Part shown: in pieces, positions 47,466 to 61,884 of the stretch
Layout of the letters: each line of letters begins with the position of its first letter
Numbering within the stretch: position 1 is the first letter of the stretch
Origin: Lytechinus pictus
Lineage: Eukaryota
Direction: 5' to 3'
Assembly: GCF_037042905.1 (NCBI RefSeq)
Contig: NC_087249.1
Location: forward strand, 7,194,001 to 7,258,000
DNA length: 64,000 bases
Notes under the pieces: generated by a model
The model's input: only the letters and a program-made list of their open reading frames with translations
Told to the model about the DNA's origin: nothing
Database searches by the model: none
Program-made: the position numbers and the translations under genes

Positions 47466-50106
47466 TTCCCAAAGTGAGAAATAGAACAAAATCGCGAACT
47501 TGAATTTCACATATTGCACGTGAGCGGGTGCTGGAGAAATGGAATGGCGTGGGGGAGGGGGGGGGGGGGCTGATTGGGTTTACATAAGCCCTGCAAAGTG
47601 TTTTTTTTTTTTTATGATACGCATTGCCATGTCACTCATAATGCTCATTCCGAAATGAACGGAGTGAAATGGCAATTTTCTCTTCTTCGGGTCTTTCTCA
47701 AACTGCTTAACGATTTCAAACATGCATGTTCAAAACAGCACAAGAAAAATCTCACATTACAATCATTAATTATGCTGCTTTATTTTTTTTTGTTCACTCC
47801 TTAATTAAGAAAAATTGAAGATTCATTAAAAATATATATTTATCTGAAATTGTAACAAGAGCAGAGTATTTTGACACGATTTCCCTATAATTGGAAAATA
47901 AACTGTTAAACATTCCACAAAGTCGACCGGTATTTCTTAGTCTTGATTTCACAAGTGACGTGTCCAAATTTATGCGTCAATGACGCTGGTTATCTTATAA
48001 AGGAAAATGGTTAAGTCATATATTTCTCATAGATAAGTACAATTATGTATGTTAGTGTCCCTATTATGATCCTTTAAACATTTTATCCTCTCCATTGAAC
48101 AATATGTGGGACTAGAAAGTGTTTTCTTTGAAAGTTTATCAATATTTTGAGAAAACAGTTATTCGCACATGGTCATGAATATTCATAAGGTGAAATTTTC
48201 AGTGTTATATGCTTGTTGGATATTTCTCTTTTTATTCATATCAACTCTTTGTTGCGGTGGACTTGTCCTTTAAAGAAATTGAATTAGGACCCTATCTAAA
48301 AAAACACTTTCCCAATTCGTTCATGAAATAGTTGAACTGTTAGAATGAAATTAACAAAGATACGTTTTTTGACATAACAAATAAAAAACAAACAGAAGGG
48401 TACAAAACACCCAGACGCAAAACTGACTTGACAAACCAGAGTCCTGTCAATATGTTCTCTCTATCTCTGACTCTCTCACGCCAGTCATTCATCTTGCACG
48501 GGTGTCAAATGGCATAACGTCACATCACAAAGACAAATACGCCATCTTTTAACAATTAACGAGCCCCTCTCAATAGATACAACATATTTCTCTTGTTTAT
48601 CTTGTACACAACAAGAAAATAGGTACGGACTTGCGTACGAGCAAACACATATTTGACGACATTTCAATGGGGCGCAGTCATCGCGGAATTCAAAACATCG
48701 TAGTAGAAATATTTTCCCAATTCTATTTTCATCCAGCGTATACAAAAATAAGTAAAGTTACCCAGGCGATCGGTATCGAACCCCTTAGAAATTATTTGTT
48801 TGTAAATGTCGCGAGTCGCCTAATTAGACAGTTTGACCTGTCAAGGAAATATTTGTAACCATTCATAAAGATATGGCACGCCCAATACACAATGTATCTG
48901 TCAGTAACTTAGCAGTAGTAAATATTTTTTTTGAAGTCATCAATTCATATTGCTTCATTTTTTGTATCCCTTTCTGAAACACACCCATTAATAGATATCT
49001 AAATTATTGGCAATGCTGCTAAGGGCGTATCTATTTTCGTCGCTTCTTTATTATCATTTTTTTTATACGTCCTGTCACCGAAAAATCAGAATCATATAGC
49101 ATTTATCCAAATGAATAAAAAACCTGTCCTTTTCATTCTTCTTATTATTATTTGGAATATTTCGTATACCAATTTCTTAAATATTTGACTGCCGTCATAT
49201 ACAAAAATTGCCCCAGACGCACACTTTGGAGCACTGAATTGTTGCAAGGAGAAGCCATTCAAATAAATCCATGTTCTTTAGTATTATTTTGAGAATCAAC
49301 TCAAACTTTTCGCTCCTCTTTTACGTCTCTCTTAGCACATGATTTACAGTATTTACAGTAATAATTGTGAAGCGCTTTGAACAGTCGTAGATTGATAAAG
49401 CGCTATATAATGCCAATTATTATTATTATTATTATTATTCATTCTTTTTATTTCGTATGCGCGGGGGGGGGGGGTGGGCTGTCAAAAGGCTGCCCAGCCC
49501 TCGCTAAAGATTCGATGAGAAACTCCGGGTAAGGATCTTCACAAAAATGTCAATACAGAATATCGTCATATACTTGGAGAGAAACCGATAACTGTATTCA
49601 ATTACATTCGATTCGACTTTTTCTGGCAATATACCTGTGTGTTACAACAAACAAATCTCCCTCAATCATGTCAATTGGGAAGTCTCGCGTACTTTAAGTC
49701 AAGGCCAAGAGTATTGTCAATATTTTGTCATTATCAATCATTATTCGTGGCAAAGGATTCACCTTGTCTGCATGCTCTCGCACACTGAATGAACCTCGGT
49801 GACATCTCATACAGATTAACACTTATAAAATACCTAAAGCTGACTGTTTTATACACTTTTCATCATGAAAATAGGTTATTTTTTTCGTGATTAATATGGT
49901 AGTATACCTTTACCAAACATGCAAAACGCAGTAAATCCAGATAAGCGAAAAAACACTGAAAAAATAAAATCCATGTCAGTTGGCCTACATAACTTTGCAA
50001 AGGGATATCATATCCTTTTCATTTCTTTTTCATGGGAACGTGACATGCAGATGTCCATGTAACGTCATAATTCTCAAGATAATACATATGTACATGTATA
50101 AATTTG

Positions 50107-50139
<33 letters not shown>

Positions 50140-50149
50140 TTGGACCGAT

Positions 50150-50365
50150 ATGATGGCTCAGGTCGGGGTTTCAAACCCGGCCGCGTCAGACCAAAATATG
50201 TAAAAAGATGGTAGTTGCTGCTACCAAGGATATCAGCATTTAAGGGACAGAACCTCGTCGACCTGGCGCTGCACAGTGGCTGTCGGGCCCACGATCATTT
50301 GGGCAAAATGAATTTTCGGAATATTTTGATTCTCAGATTTCTATTTCGAACAATAAAATGAATAA
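50150..50365 (+). mobile_element. 5'-degenerate tRNA-derived SINE following (TA)n
   Basis: Box-B-like GGTTTCAAACCCGG, then GTCAGACCAAA...AAAAGATGGTAGTTGCTGCTACC body and A-rich end. Confidence 0.55.
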
Positions 50366-51925
50366 AAATAAATATGGATTGATTGGATTGATTGATTGGT
50401 TTTAAATAATGTACCATACATATCAGTTGTCCTTTTCGTCAACCATTCTGGTTGACGATGCCCGTCGCCAGTCAGGGCGGGAACTCTTCCCAGGCCATGG
50501 AATGTCAAAATCACGGCAGATAAATACTTCTCATTCTCTGACTTTCTGATATTCGCTACCAAGAATGCACAAATATTGACCTTGATATTGACATGCGTAT
50601 GCCTGGGAGAAGCTCGAGTAGTGATATGTGTCAGTCTTACCGGGAAGAATAGGTCTATATTTAATTTTGGGGAAAAGAGTTCCATGAACTCGTTGCACTG
50701 CAAGGTGTAAACGAAGACAGTGTATGTAGCTTAGGTCTGATACATGATCTTTGAAATGATTTTAAAAAAAGAATATTTCAAGAGAAAACAAATGATTTGA
50801 GCGTATACCAGTCGATCTCTCGCAAGGATCTCATCAAGCAAAGATAATCAGTACCATACCATTTTCCGTTTTGCCTCATAGTATACTGTTGAACCTTATC
50901 CTTACATTATAAAACTATATAATGCAGGGAACAGCATCAGTCGATTTTCTAAGATAACCTCACCCTTATGTGTTTAAGGGGTGTTAAACTTACTCAATAA
51001 CTTTGAAATCTGGCGTTTAAAAAAAGTCTTCAGCACTGCAGGTTATGTGCTTTTGGTACTGTTTTTGTAGTGTAATCGTAACAATTATAGGCCAAATCGT
51101 TTCGTTGGCGCCATCGGGTCCAAAATATGACCTCATATAAGAACAAAATTTGTCAGAGAAATCAATTTTAGGGGTTTATCATGTCTTTACTAGGTCCCCG
51201 GAACTAGGTCTAAAACTTTTTGAGGCTATCATTGGTCAGGGCCTATTATGGGAAATAGCGCAAATGGAAAGGTGTAATATTACACGTTACCAATTCAGCA
51301 TAATAAAGTATACATTATTATTATTAGTGTCTATTTCAGTCGTAAACTTTTGATGCAATTATATAAAAATACTTTCATCTTTCCATCTTATACACTTGAG
51401 TATATTTATATCAAAATGACGGATCCTATCCACCACAAATGTTGGGGGAATCGATGTCATTGCTCTTTTTGGTTTTCCACTGGCCTAGAAAGAGACAAGA
51501 CTCACTCATCTCATGACGTTAAAATATTTTATTTCTGGAAATATCAACTGTACCTCCCTTCTATCTTACAAAGTATGAACACCTGTAACCCAGACTGTTG
51601 GTATTTTGCAGGTGAGATTCTTTGATACTCATGGGAGGTACATTTAATCTCCAAGCTGACACGTAGTTATGCCATTAATACTTGGAGTTGATGTCAGATT
51701 TGGTGCCATCGGCTCGAGTCAACGGTTCAACGGGAGGAGAAATAGAACGATTACTGGTCAACAATCTCATGAAATATTCGATAAAGGCAGTTTGCAAGAA
51801 GGGAACATCCGGTGAAGACATTCTGTCGTTTCATGTGTCGTATAGGTTATCTGGTTATCTGCAGACATGGGCTATGCATTCTGAGGATGATTCCATTCGA
51901 GGTATTCGATGGTGCGTCATCATGA

Positions 51926-52227
51926 TTATATTAATAATAACGCAGTTCTTGTATAGCGCATATCACATTTTGTCATAATTTGTCCCTATGCGCTTCCAAA
52001 GGACTTGGATATTATTACCCTGGCCTTAGCCCCGCAGCCTTTTACAGCGCGGTGGCATTTCAAGGAATAAATTCCTGCCAGGTATACCCATTCATCTCAC
52101 CTGGGTTGAGTGCAGCACAATACGGATGAATTTCTTGCTGAAGGAAATGACGCCATGGCTGGGAATTGAACCCACGACCCTCTGTTTCAAAGTCAGAAGA
52201 CTAATCCACTGGGCCACAACGCTCCAC
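51926..52227 (-). mobile_element. tRNA-derived SINE (family A, tail type 2, L2-like)
   Basis: Head and body highly similar to 793-1013; different tail AAGCGCATAG...GCGCTATACAAG + (ATT)n on the minus strand. Confidence 0.85.
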
Positions 52228-52554
52228 AATATGGTCATGACAGTAGCGTGGCTGTATCGTCAGTCGTCCTCTCGTTATTGGTGAGGATATCTTGCAACAT
52301 GATTCGATGAGCTATGTAACCCCTGCATGAACCGACGAAAAGATGAAAATGTTGCAAATTAGGTCTTGCCGCGCGGATGTCGGAGGTGCAATCCGAGGTT
52401 GCTATGGGCCCCGACAGCTCACCTGTCTTCGTTGCTAGGGGTCACGCAGGTTTGTTGACATCCTCCGAGCGAGAGGTCGTCCGCTCGCGATGAAATTGTT
52501 ACACTATCCATAGAGCTATGTACTATCGCGGGCCTCCCCTCCCGCTGCAGTACG

Positions 52555-53250
52555 GGATTCCTCCAGACTTTGTTGGGGGTAAACACCAATAGTGCAGGGG
52601 GTGGGGGTGGTGGCCATCTTTAGCCTCTGTCCGATTTCAGAGATTCACTGAAGTTTTCTTTTCTTTTCATATGGAAATACAATTTAACATGCGCATTATC
52701 GATTGTATATTAGAATTCCTGAAAAGAAACAGAGGAAGGTGTATAAATGAAGTTTGAGATTCATCAAGCTTTTTTTTTTTTGGGGGGGGGGGTGTAAATA
52801 CAATTAGAGAGGGGGGAGGCCTTCACCTTTCCGATTCCGACCGGAGATTCACTGGAGATTTCATTTCTTTGACAATGAAATACAATTTGATATCATCGGA
52901 TTTTTAAGAATCTTTCAAAAGAAATCGAGGAAAGAAAATCCTGAAGTTTGGGGCTCGCCGGGTCTTTGTCGGGGTGAGCACCAAGAGTGCAAAGACACCC
53001 TCCCCTTCAGTCCGATTCTGGCATACAAAGTTCACTATAGAGTTTTTTTTCTTTTACATAAATATACGATTCAAAATGACATTTTCATGATTATCAGATG
53101 TATTAGAATGTCTGAAAAGAATTGGAGCAAGGGGTATCTTTAAAGTTTAAGATTCCTCAAGATTTTGTTGGGGTGCACACCAATTGAACAGGGAGACACC
53201 TTCACCCTCAGTTCGATTCTGGACGAGGTTTCGGTTTAAGTTTTCTTTGA
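52555..53250. repeat. Degenerate tandem array, ~3.5 units of ~190-200 bp
   Basis: Recurring GATTCCTC.AGA.TTTGTTGGGG..ACACCAA...CCGATT...TTCACT...GAAAAGAA blocks at ~52555, ~52758, ~52950 and ~53150. Confidence 0.75.
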
Positions 53251-54139
53251 GGTGGGGATACATGTACTTTAGATGTTATCTTGTGTGCCAAGAATATTAG
53301 CGTATTTCAGCATCTTCTTCGCAGACGCTTTCTGCAACGTTCAAAATCTATTGAAAATGTTCGTCAAATCACAATGGACTGATTTAAGGTCATTGTCGAA
53401 ATTTCGATACAACACCAAATAATCAAAGATTTCGGACAAGTTTTGTTGTATTGTGCAAAAGAGGTGTGACTTGTTAAGGGCCTATATCTTGTTTTCCCAA
53501 TTTAAAAGGAATAAGAAACGACTAACATAAAATGCAGATTGTTATTTTGCTTCATTAAAGAGCTAGTAATTCCGATTTCACTTCTGAAGACAGGTAGAAT
53601 TTAACTCGACTCTAAAAACTTGGTGAGATGCGACAACCGTCGAGTGCGTGTGTGGGAACGCTCGCCTGGGGAGTCCTTGATTCGATTACAGTAAATCTAA
53701 TAACGATATACAGTTATAACTTACAATACCTACAATGAAAAATCATGTTATGTTGTTGATTAAACTCCCGTCAACCATTTAAAAACAGTTTGAATTACAA
53801 TAAAATACGAATCTGTGATGTCATACTGTTAATAGGCGCGATGGAGGGAGAAAAGGGTCTATTTTTAGCTGAATCGTGTACTGGGTCGTGTACTACCTTA
53901 AGCCAAACGTGGAAACTCGCGTTAAATATACCCTGGAAAGAATCTACTTGATCTGAATATACTTTATCACATGGGCATTTATTACAACGTCTTATACCTA
54001 AAGAAAAGCCGACTTGATTCTTGTCGAGATCCTGTTCAGGAACAATGACAAGTTAACGCTAATCTATTCATTTTTAGCTAAGTAACGCTCTGATGGTTGT
54101 GATGGCAATTTTTTTAAACCTAATTGCTAAGAAAGCATG

Positions 54140-54307
54140 AATGATTGTGAATAAGCAACCAGAGGACCGACGGCTTAAGGTCCTCTCCGAGGGGCCTGGT
54201 ATAATGAGGATTAATGCCTTAGTCACCAAAGGGCACTAGCGCACCAAGTGGGAATCGAACTTGGGTCACCGAAACCCCGCTCTATTCCGACTGAGCCATC
54301 GCGCCTC
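54140..54307 (-). mobile_element. tRNA-derived SINE fragment with a Deu/Nin-like domain
   Basis: Minus strand: box A TGGCTCAGTCGG, box B AGTTCGATTCC, then CCCTCGGAGAGGACCTTAAGCCGTCGGTCC. Confidence 0.7.
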
Positions 54308-54725
54308 CTTATTGATATAAGTATCAATTCTATTTTAATTAGATTTATTTTTTACTGAAGAGCAACTTTGAAATGTAAGATATAGACAAAGGGCGAATAA
54401 TGTCATATTACAAGCTTTTGATTATGCAATTTGAATGGGAAAAAGTATTGTCAAAAGCTAATGACTAACTTTTATTATAATTTCCAAGAAATTTATACAG
54501 CTTATAAGCTTGCTCTTCATTGCCCGTGAACATTTGTTTAGATTAAACGTTGGTCTTAATCGTGAAGTGCTCGTTGTGATTGTATCAGATCGTATCAGAT
54601 CAGTCGTGGCAACCGTATTGATCGTAGAAAATTTTTGAATGGTCCTAAAAATTATCGTGATTAGTTACGAAAGGCCAATCGTCGTGTCCGTAAAGGATCA
54701 CACGGTAGTGGAAACGAGCCATTAA

Positions 54726-55303
54726 ATGGATGCTCCAGGCTGAAGATATTCATATCTTAATTAATAGAGTAAAATTCACAAAGCAAAATGCTGAAAATTT
54801 GATCAAAATCAGATAACAAATAACAAAGTTATTGAATTTGCAAGATTTGCATTATTCCAATGAAACAGTTTTAGGCATATCTTCATGAATATTCATGAGG
54901 TGGGCTTATGATGTCATATCCCAAGTTGTTCTTTTGTATTTTATTATATGAAATTATGTTTATTAAAAAATCATCCAAGAACTAAAACAATTGGATTGAC
55001 AACTGATTAAATGCATTAGTTATTTATTGCTGCAACTTATTTTATCATAATGGAGACACATCATTTACACATGTATGAAATAAATGGACAATCATGATGT
55101 CATGTAATAACATAAGAAAAGGGAATCAGCTCACCTAATGAATATTCATGACGACGTGCACTGTTTTCACAAAATATTACTAAACTTTAAAATTCAATAA
55201 CTTCGTTATTTGTCATCCGATTTTGATGAAATTTTCAGCATTTTGCTTTGTGTCTTTATCTCTATTTATTTAGATATAAATATCTTCAGCCCGGAGCACC
55301 CCT
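54726..55303. mobile_element. TTAA-site MITE (Kolobok-like, family K3), copy 1
   Basis: TTAA|ATGGATGCTCCAGGCTGAAG ... CTTCAGCCCGGAGCACCCCT|TTAA. Confidence 0.85.
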
Positions 55304-55949
55304 TTAACACGTGGGTGTGGCACGTCCTCTTTTGCTTGGAGTTCCTCAGAAAGAACATGTTGGCCAAGAGCATCCCCATTACCATTAACTAAGTTCAAAA
55401 GAAAAGGTTATGTGTCATCACTCCCTTCTCAAACCCCCAGCCATCAGAATAGATAGAGTGAGATGTAACGTTGCTCTCAGCTGATTTGTCACGAATCTCA
55501 CGCTGATGAAATCGAAGGAAATTGGCTTAAAATTGGGACTGGAAATGGTGCGTCAAGATCGGCTGGATTGTCTTCCATTTTGCGGTTTGGAGGCAAGAAA
55601 TTAGATACGATCACAAAATACTGATATTTGATTTCGTACGATTATCCATTCTTCATGGACTGGAGCTTTTTGTTTGAGCATGACCTGAATTACGAGTGTT
55701 TCCCCCAAAACATTATATTTGGAATTCCCAGAAAAATAGTCCAACTTTATAGAATATTTTGCAATGTTTCCACGAGTTCTGGGAGTTATACGATTATGCG
55801 TTAATACTTTTTGAGGGGTGCGGACAGTGTGCATATTTATTTTGGTGATTTTTCTTGAAAGAAACTGGGTATACAAATTGATAGGACTGTAATATCTACC
55901 GACTACCTTAATTGTGACGCAATTCGTGACAGTGGGAACTAAGTAACAA

Positions 55950-56547
55950 AGGGATGCTCCGGGCTGAAAATATTTATATCTAAATAAAAAGAGTAAAATT
56001 CACAGAGTAAAGTGCTGAAAATGTCATCAAAATCTTATTACAAATAGCGAAGTTATGGAATTTTAAAGTTGAGCAATATATTGTGAAAACAGTTAATGCA
56101 CATCGTCATGAATATTCATTACGTGGGGTGATGATGTCACATCCCCACTTTCCTTTTTCTTATGTTATTACATGAAATCATAATTGCTTTTTCATACATG
56201 CGTGAATGATGTCTCCCTTGTATAAATGAAATAAGTTGCAGCAATGAATATCTAATGTACTTAATCAGTTGTTATTCCAATATTTTTGGTTCTTGAAGTA
56301 AAAAATTTAATAAACCTGATTTCATATAATAAAATACAAAAGAACGAGTGATGATATGACATCATCTGTTTGCTCATAGAATATTCATGAAGACATGCCT
56401 AGAACTGTTTCAACGGAAAAATGCAAATGTATAAAATGCCTTAACTTTGTTATTTGTTATCCGATTTTGATGAAATTTTCTGCACTTTGCTCTGTGAATT
56501 TTACTCTATTTACTTAGATAAAAATATTTTCAACCCAGAGCATCCCT
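55950..56547. mobile_element. TTAA-site MITE (family K3), copy 2, inverted relative to copy 1
   Basis: AGGGATGCTCCGGGCTGAAA ... TTCAACCCAGAGCATCCCT|TTAA; interior is the reverse complement of 54726-55303. Confidence 0.85.
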
Positions 56548-58191
56548 TTAAATATGTAAAGTGTGATCTGTGATTTAATATGGATGCTTCAAATTATTGG
56601 AAGAAGTTTCACGTTATTTTCAGTGAGGTTTGCCGAATATGTTGAAGAAAATATCATCGTATTCCATTTAGTGTTGAAAATTTGCACATCCGTTATTATT
56701 TCACGTTGATGGAGATCAACAGGTCTGAGATTCATGAACACCAACATGACCAAAGGGAATTTTATGGAGCTCATCAAGTTAAATGAAGATTTAGTCAAGC
56801 ACAAAATAATGGTATAATTGAATGAAAACCACTTTTGAGCTCGTAAAAAAAATATCTGGTAACTGATTTTGATTTGTCTCCTAAGAAAGAAAGAATGGGC
56901 AACCAGCAGCCCCCATCCCAACAACATCACACAAAACAAAAACAAACAAGAATTGTACAATCTGCCATAAGTGTAATGAACCAAACATTTTGAGGGGGCA
57001 GACATGGCGAATGCATTTGCATTTTCTGAAAAAAGGGAGCTGCAAGCGACAGAAGCGAGTGAGCAAAATTTTAGACGTCATTTATACAGAGATCTATTTA
57101 TTATTTTTTTATATATTTTGACATAATATAAAAAATTAGTATATTTTAACCTTTCATTTACTTTTCTTTCGTTTTCATTTGTATTCTTGGTCCTTGCTCC
57201 CATCTGTACGCCAGTGCAATCTCCCACACATTTGGAAATTCGATTTTGAAATTAATATGATATTGAAAAATACAATACAATGGTGAAAAGAGCACTGAAT
57301 TAATCATGGTAGTATTATATCTATCACTGTTAAAAAAACCCCTGATTTTACAGAAAAAACCCAAGATTTAGCAAAATGCAATAAAAGAATCATTCTGTAA
57401 ATTCATAAAACAGGATTTTTCCTGCAATTTAACATAACAGGTCTGTTTAAAAAGGGGAAAAGTGTGTTTTATTTAAGGAAATTTGTAAGGTTCCATACAA
57501 CAAATATCAATTTCCTGTAATTTTACATGATATAATGTAAGAGTACGCAATCTGGTAAGATTACAGGTGTTCTCGAGACTCTGCTGCAGGAACTTCTTTT
57601 ATTTTAAGGATAAATTTTCCAACAGTGTAGACTAATGATATGGTATCATCAGTTTACTTTTCAATTAATTACTAGTGTGGACTTTTTAAATGTTTTTATT
57701 TGAGGTGGTGACGACATCGACATTACGCGAATTACTTCATCCATCTCAGTGAAACATTCACCCTTTTGGATACATTTCATCGCGGGTCTACGTGCTTCCG
57801 TGTGACATCATCAATGCATGTATGAGAAGCGATAGGGATGATCGCCATGCACTCAAATATTTGAAGAATTATATCATTTCCTTCAGACGGAATTTTAGAG
57901 ATATAAGATAAACGGATAAACATGCGATTTGGGAAAGTATCATCAGCCACATGCATTGACAGCTCTCGTTCTCAACGGGAGCTGGTGTAAAATTTATTTC
58001 AGAGACCGAACAAATTGATTTTTAAAGGAAACAAATAACATTCAGGCCATTTTACGCTGAAATGCGTTTCATAATAAAATTTTGAAACATAGTATTGATC
58101 TTCCTGTTCAAAGAAGATGAATATGAATAAGAATTGATGAATTTATGAAATATTCTATTGATGAATTCGGTTTCATTTGCTAGTTGAACCT

Positions 58192-58403
58192 ACTCTTTCA
58201 AAAATCGAGTGAATGGTTCACCCATTGGATGGAGCGAATATAATTTTTAAGAGTGACTTTCGCCTGTTGCCGAGTGAAGTAAGTGAAATTCATGTGACAC
58301 ATTCGTTACTGTTCACTCTAAATGAACTCCAAATCGAGTGATCCTTGGCGTCACTACCAAGGGAGTCAAAAGCGAGTGAAAATTCACTCAATTTTTAAAG
58401 AGA
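58192..58403. mobile_element. Small MITE with GAGTGAA internal repeats
   Basis: CTCTTTCAAAAATCGAGTGAA ... TTCACTCAATTTTTAAAGAG inverted ends. Confidence 0.6.
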
Positions 58404-59724
58404 CTATAAGCGCCCAGTTAATATGCCTAACCCGATTCAGTTCTGCTTTGAACATGGACTTACGCTGAACTTCAGGACTGAATCTGTCCGTTCCAAATCT
58501 AACAAGCGTCGTCAAAATTATGCTATGTCATTATCAATTTGTCGGCATTCATCCATGGGTCTTCAATAAGACGAGAAGAAGGAAGCATCCCGGACCAGGG
58601 GGTTTATATTATCATCTCTTTTCAAGGACTGTGAAGGAGATGATAATTGGAGCTGTTGTGACCAGACACAGTAGGGAAAAGGAAGATTTGAAAAGGAAAT
58701 AAACGAATTTGTCTCAACGATACGTGCACACGACAGTGCAATATTAAATGGATATTATGATTATTGGGTGTTTGATGGCAATTAGCTTTATCTAACGCTT
58801 CGCGCCACAATTATTGATCTTGCTGATGTTGCAATATTCCCAAAAGTAGGGAGGGGGGATGAAACATCGAGTACATATTAAGAAAGACAACTGAAAGACA
58901 CATTTATATATATATTTTTTTTTTTTGGGGGGGGTGGGGGGGGGGGGTTCCCTTCAAATATTGTCACATCAGTTGTGAAATAACATTGTAGTGTATTTTC
59001 AGCATTATAAATTTTCATAGAATTTTCTTGAATATACAACTCATTCGATTTATTTTCAAACCAAATCTTTACAAAAATGATTAATTCACGAATTTTCGAT
59101 TTTGGAGCTCGCTCTCAAAATTTTCTCCCAAAATACTGCCCCTTATCCATAATTGACCCCCCCCCCCCCGGCCCGCCCCCAGAAATGATGCCTCATTACA
59201 TACATACATAAGACAAACCATTTCTTCAACGAGTTGTAATCATTAGGCTTACACGATTGCCCGTTTTAACCTTGTGATCTTGAACTTGAGGGTAGTGAAA
59301 AGTCAAAGCAAACCATCAATTTCTTCTCATCCTTGCCTCGAAAATCATTGAAGGTTAAAATAGGAGGACCATGTCCTAGGGGGAAATGTTCTTTACGGAT
59401 CGTTGGCCGCAGTCAGGCCACGACTAGCCGTGGTCTCATCGACAGTTTGCCTATTGATCGCCAAGAGAGGTGAGAGGAGAGGAAGAGGGGAAATCAACGG
59501 GAAATCCACTAATGAAAGTTTCCTTCCATCTCCATGCCATTGGTGGTTTCATAATTCATTTTCTCATTGATAGATAGGTATTGGAATGATGCACACCCGG
59601 CAGCATTGGGGAGTTCTCAGATAAAATGTTAGGTTTTAGCGCGTAAAAGGGCACTGGCACTATATATACTGCTATTTCAACATTGCTAATATTCATCAGC
59701 GATATCAGCAGTGATTTATTGATT

Positions 59725-60065
59725 TAATCTCGCGCTTCGCGCTCGCATTATTTGTTCAGTTCTCTATGCACCCTGTACAAGACAAACATAGCTTGAAATG
59801 CACCATATTTAAGTGTGAATGTAAAAAAAGCCCGCGCTTCGCGCTCAAATTATTTCGTTAGAGACGTATTCTGTTCATTGATTCCTACAACAGTTCTTTA
59901 AAAAACTCAGCTTTTTGGGAGGTCAGTATATCTAAATATTTCAGATTGCGCTTCGCACTCGCATTATTTCTTGGCTTATATACTCATTCTGTCGAAAGAG
60001 TAGTACTTAGAACGTCCCAGTACCATGTCAGTTTATAAAAAAAAAATCGCGCTCGCATTATTCAT
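59725..60065. repeat. Spaced repeat TCGCGCTTCGCGCTCGCATTATT, four copies ~100-115 bp apart
   Basis: Copies at ~59729, ~59833, ~59947 and ~60047; the intervening sequence is weakly similar too. Confidence 0.75.
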
Positions 60066-61884
60066 TTAGGCCGAAGGAAATATTGTTTGTAAAAAAAAAA
60101 TAAAGCTTAAAAATACCCATCCCAAGACACAAAAATATGGATGCATTGCCCCCACCCCCTCCAATTGACAATGCAGGCACTATTGCCCTTGGAATCCTTG
60201 ATGATTTCGACATTTTCCAAGCAGACAAAGGGAGTGAGTTTGGTTAAAGGTTATGCACCCCCCCCCCCTCCCCGCACGCACGACCCCATATAAATGGATT
60301 AAAAACCCAAACAAACTCGAATGGATTTGTTTACCTATTTTTTTAATCGCCATATGGTGAATTCACGATACAATAATTATTTCATATTCAAGATATAATT
60401 TGTGAAAACATCAGAAATTGTACTACATGTATATTTAAAATGGTACAAGTTATTCAACATTGTGAATTATGTCGAGTCGTCTCTTTGCTTTCCACTGTGC
60501 GTCGAACAGTTATTCCTTTTCATGAAAATATTTTGTGAAGTATAAGCAATAACTTTGAAAAAAAATGTCTTGTAGTCACATTTCCATTCTTTCAGAACAA
60601 GACAACTAGAGCATTAAATTTGCTTCCAATACACACAGGTAATGTGAGTGGAAAGAGAACCCCCAAAACACCGTCTATGAGAAATAAATCACGGTGAATG
60701 AAATACGACACTGTCGCCAAATATTCGAATCACTATTTTTCAAAACATACCGACGCATGTGGTCATGTAGAATCCCCCGGGAATGAATGGATTAAAGAAA
60801 TTGTTACGATATACTACGATTATTGAACATTTTAAGTGATTGGCTGTAATTACGACAGTTCAACACAATAAACGTTTTAAGTGATTGAAAAAAAAAAATT
60901 TAGACAAGAATTATGGCACTTTTGTCCATTCTTTCTTCGTTACACACCGAAAAGCATTTAAAATTTATCGACAAAAAGGCAATGATTCGTTTATTTATCA
61001 TGTTTATAGTTCGCGCAATGTATTATTAGTATTAATCATAGTAGATTTGCGTCTATATACAGGGAGTGGGCAGTTGCCCCAGAAACATTAAAACCAATAA
61101 TTCAGCGTTCTTTATATTGCAAATTAAAAAGAACCAGAAATTACGTCTTCAATTTCAAAAAGAAAAATGCCAAATCATTTAGCTTGCTCTCTTTGCTCCC
61201 TCTTTGTTTCATGAATATTTCGAACACCTTATATTATTGCCATTTCTAGGAGTAAATATCTTCGTGGACATGTGGGTGATGTTTAAAGTAAAGCTATACT
61301 GTAAATCAAAGATCTTGTATGAAAGGCAGAGCTAACATTGATTAAGTAATATTATTTAAAACAAAAAAGAAAAAGAATTTAGGTAACGTACTTGAATAGA
61401 TGCTTTTCTGTTGGCCATGGCTGTACGACACATTTTGCAGATTTGAAAATGATCAACCTTTTATATGTATATACAAGAATTTACTTGTGCCTTCACTACA
61501 ACCATATCTTTTTTACCTTAATGATACGCTACATCATTCATGCCATGCATTACTCCTGAACGAACAGATATGCCGAACAGTAACACAATAATGCATCTGT
61601 GTAGTATGTTTTGAAAGAGTGTATTGTCACCTATCGTTCAAATTGGCGATAACTCATTTCATTCACATTTTACTGACTTTAAGGTCATAAAAACGAATGA
61701 AATATGAAAATTTAATGTGTTTCCTTACTGATTAGTTTATAATGGCAATTCATTTCTTGTAATATGACACGTTGTTATGGGATGAGCGGAGATAATATAT
61801 CATTTGACAGTGCGCGCTTTGTTTACCTAAATATTTTACTTTCAGTTGTTGCATCGCATTGCTTGTTATGAATTATGTCCCCAT

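Noticed and set aside
50430..50525. Candidate exon 3 of the IB-domain gene (QGGNSSQAMECQNHGR)
   Set aside because: Stop codon in the required phase, weak acceptor, no Cys pattern continuing the module
52150..52227. tRNA genes (also 940-1013, 54245-54307, 62330-62412)
   Set aside because: A/B boxes are present but there is no complete cloverleaf, and each continues into a SINE body
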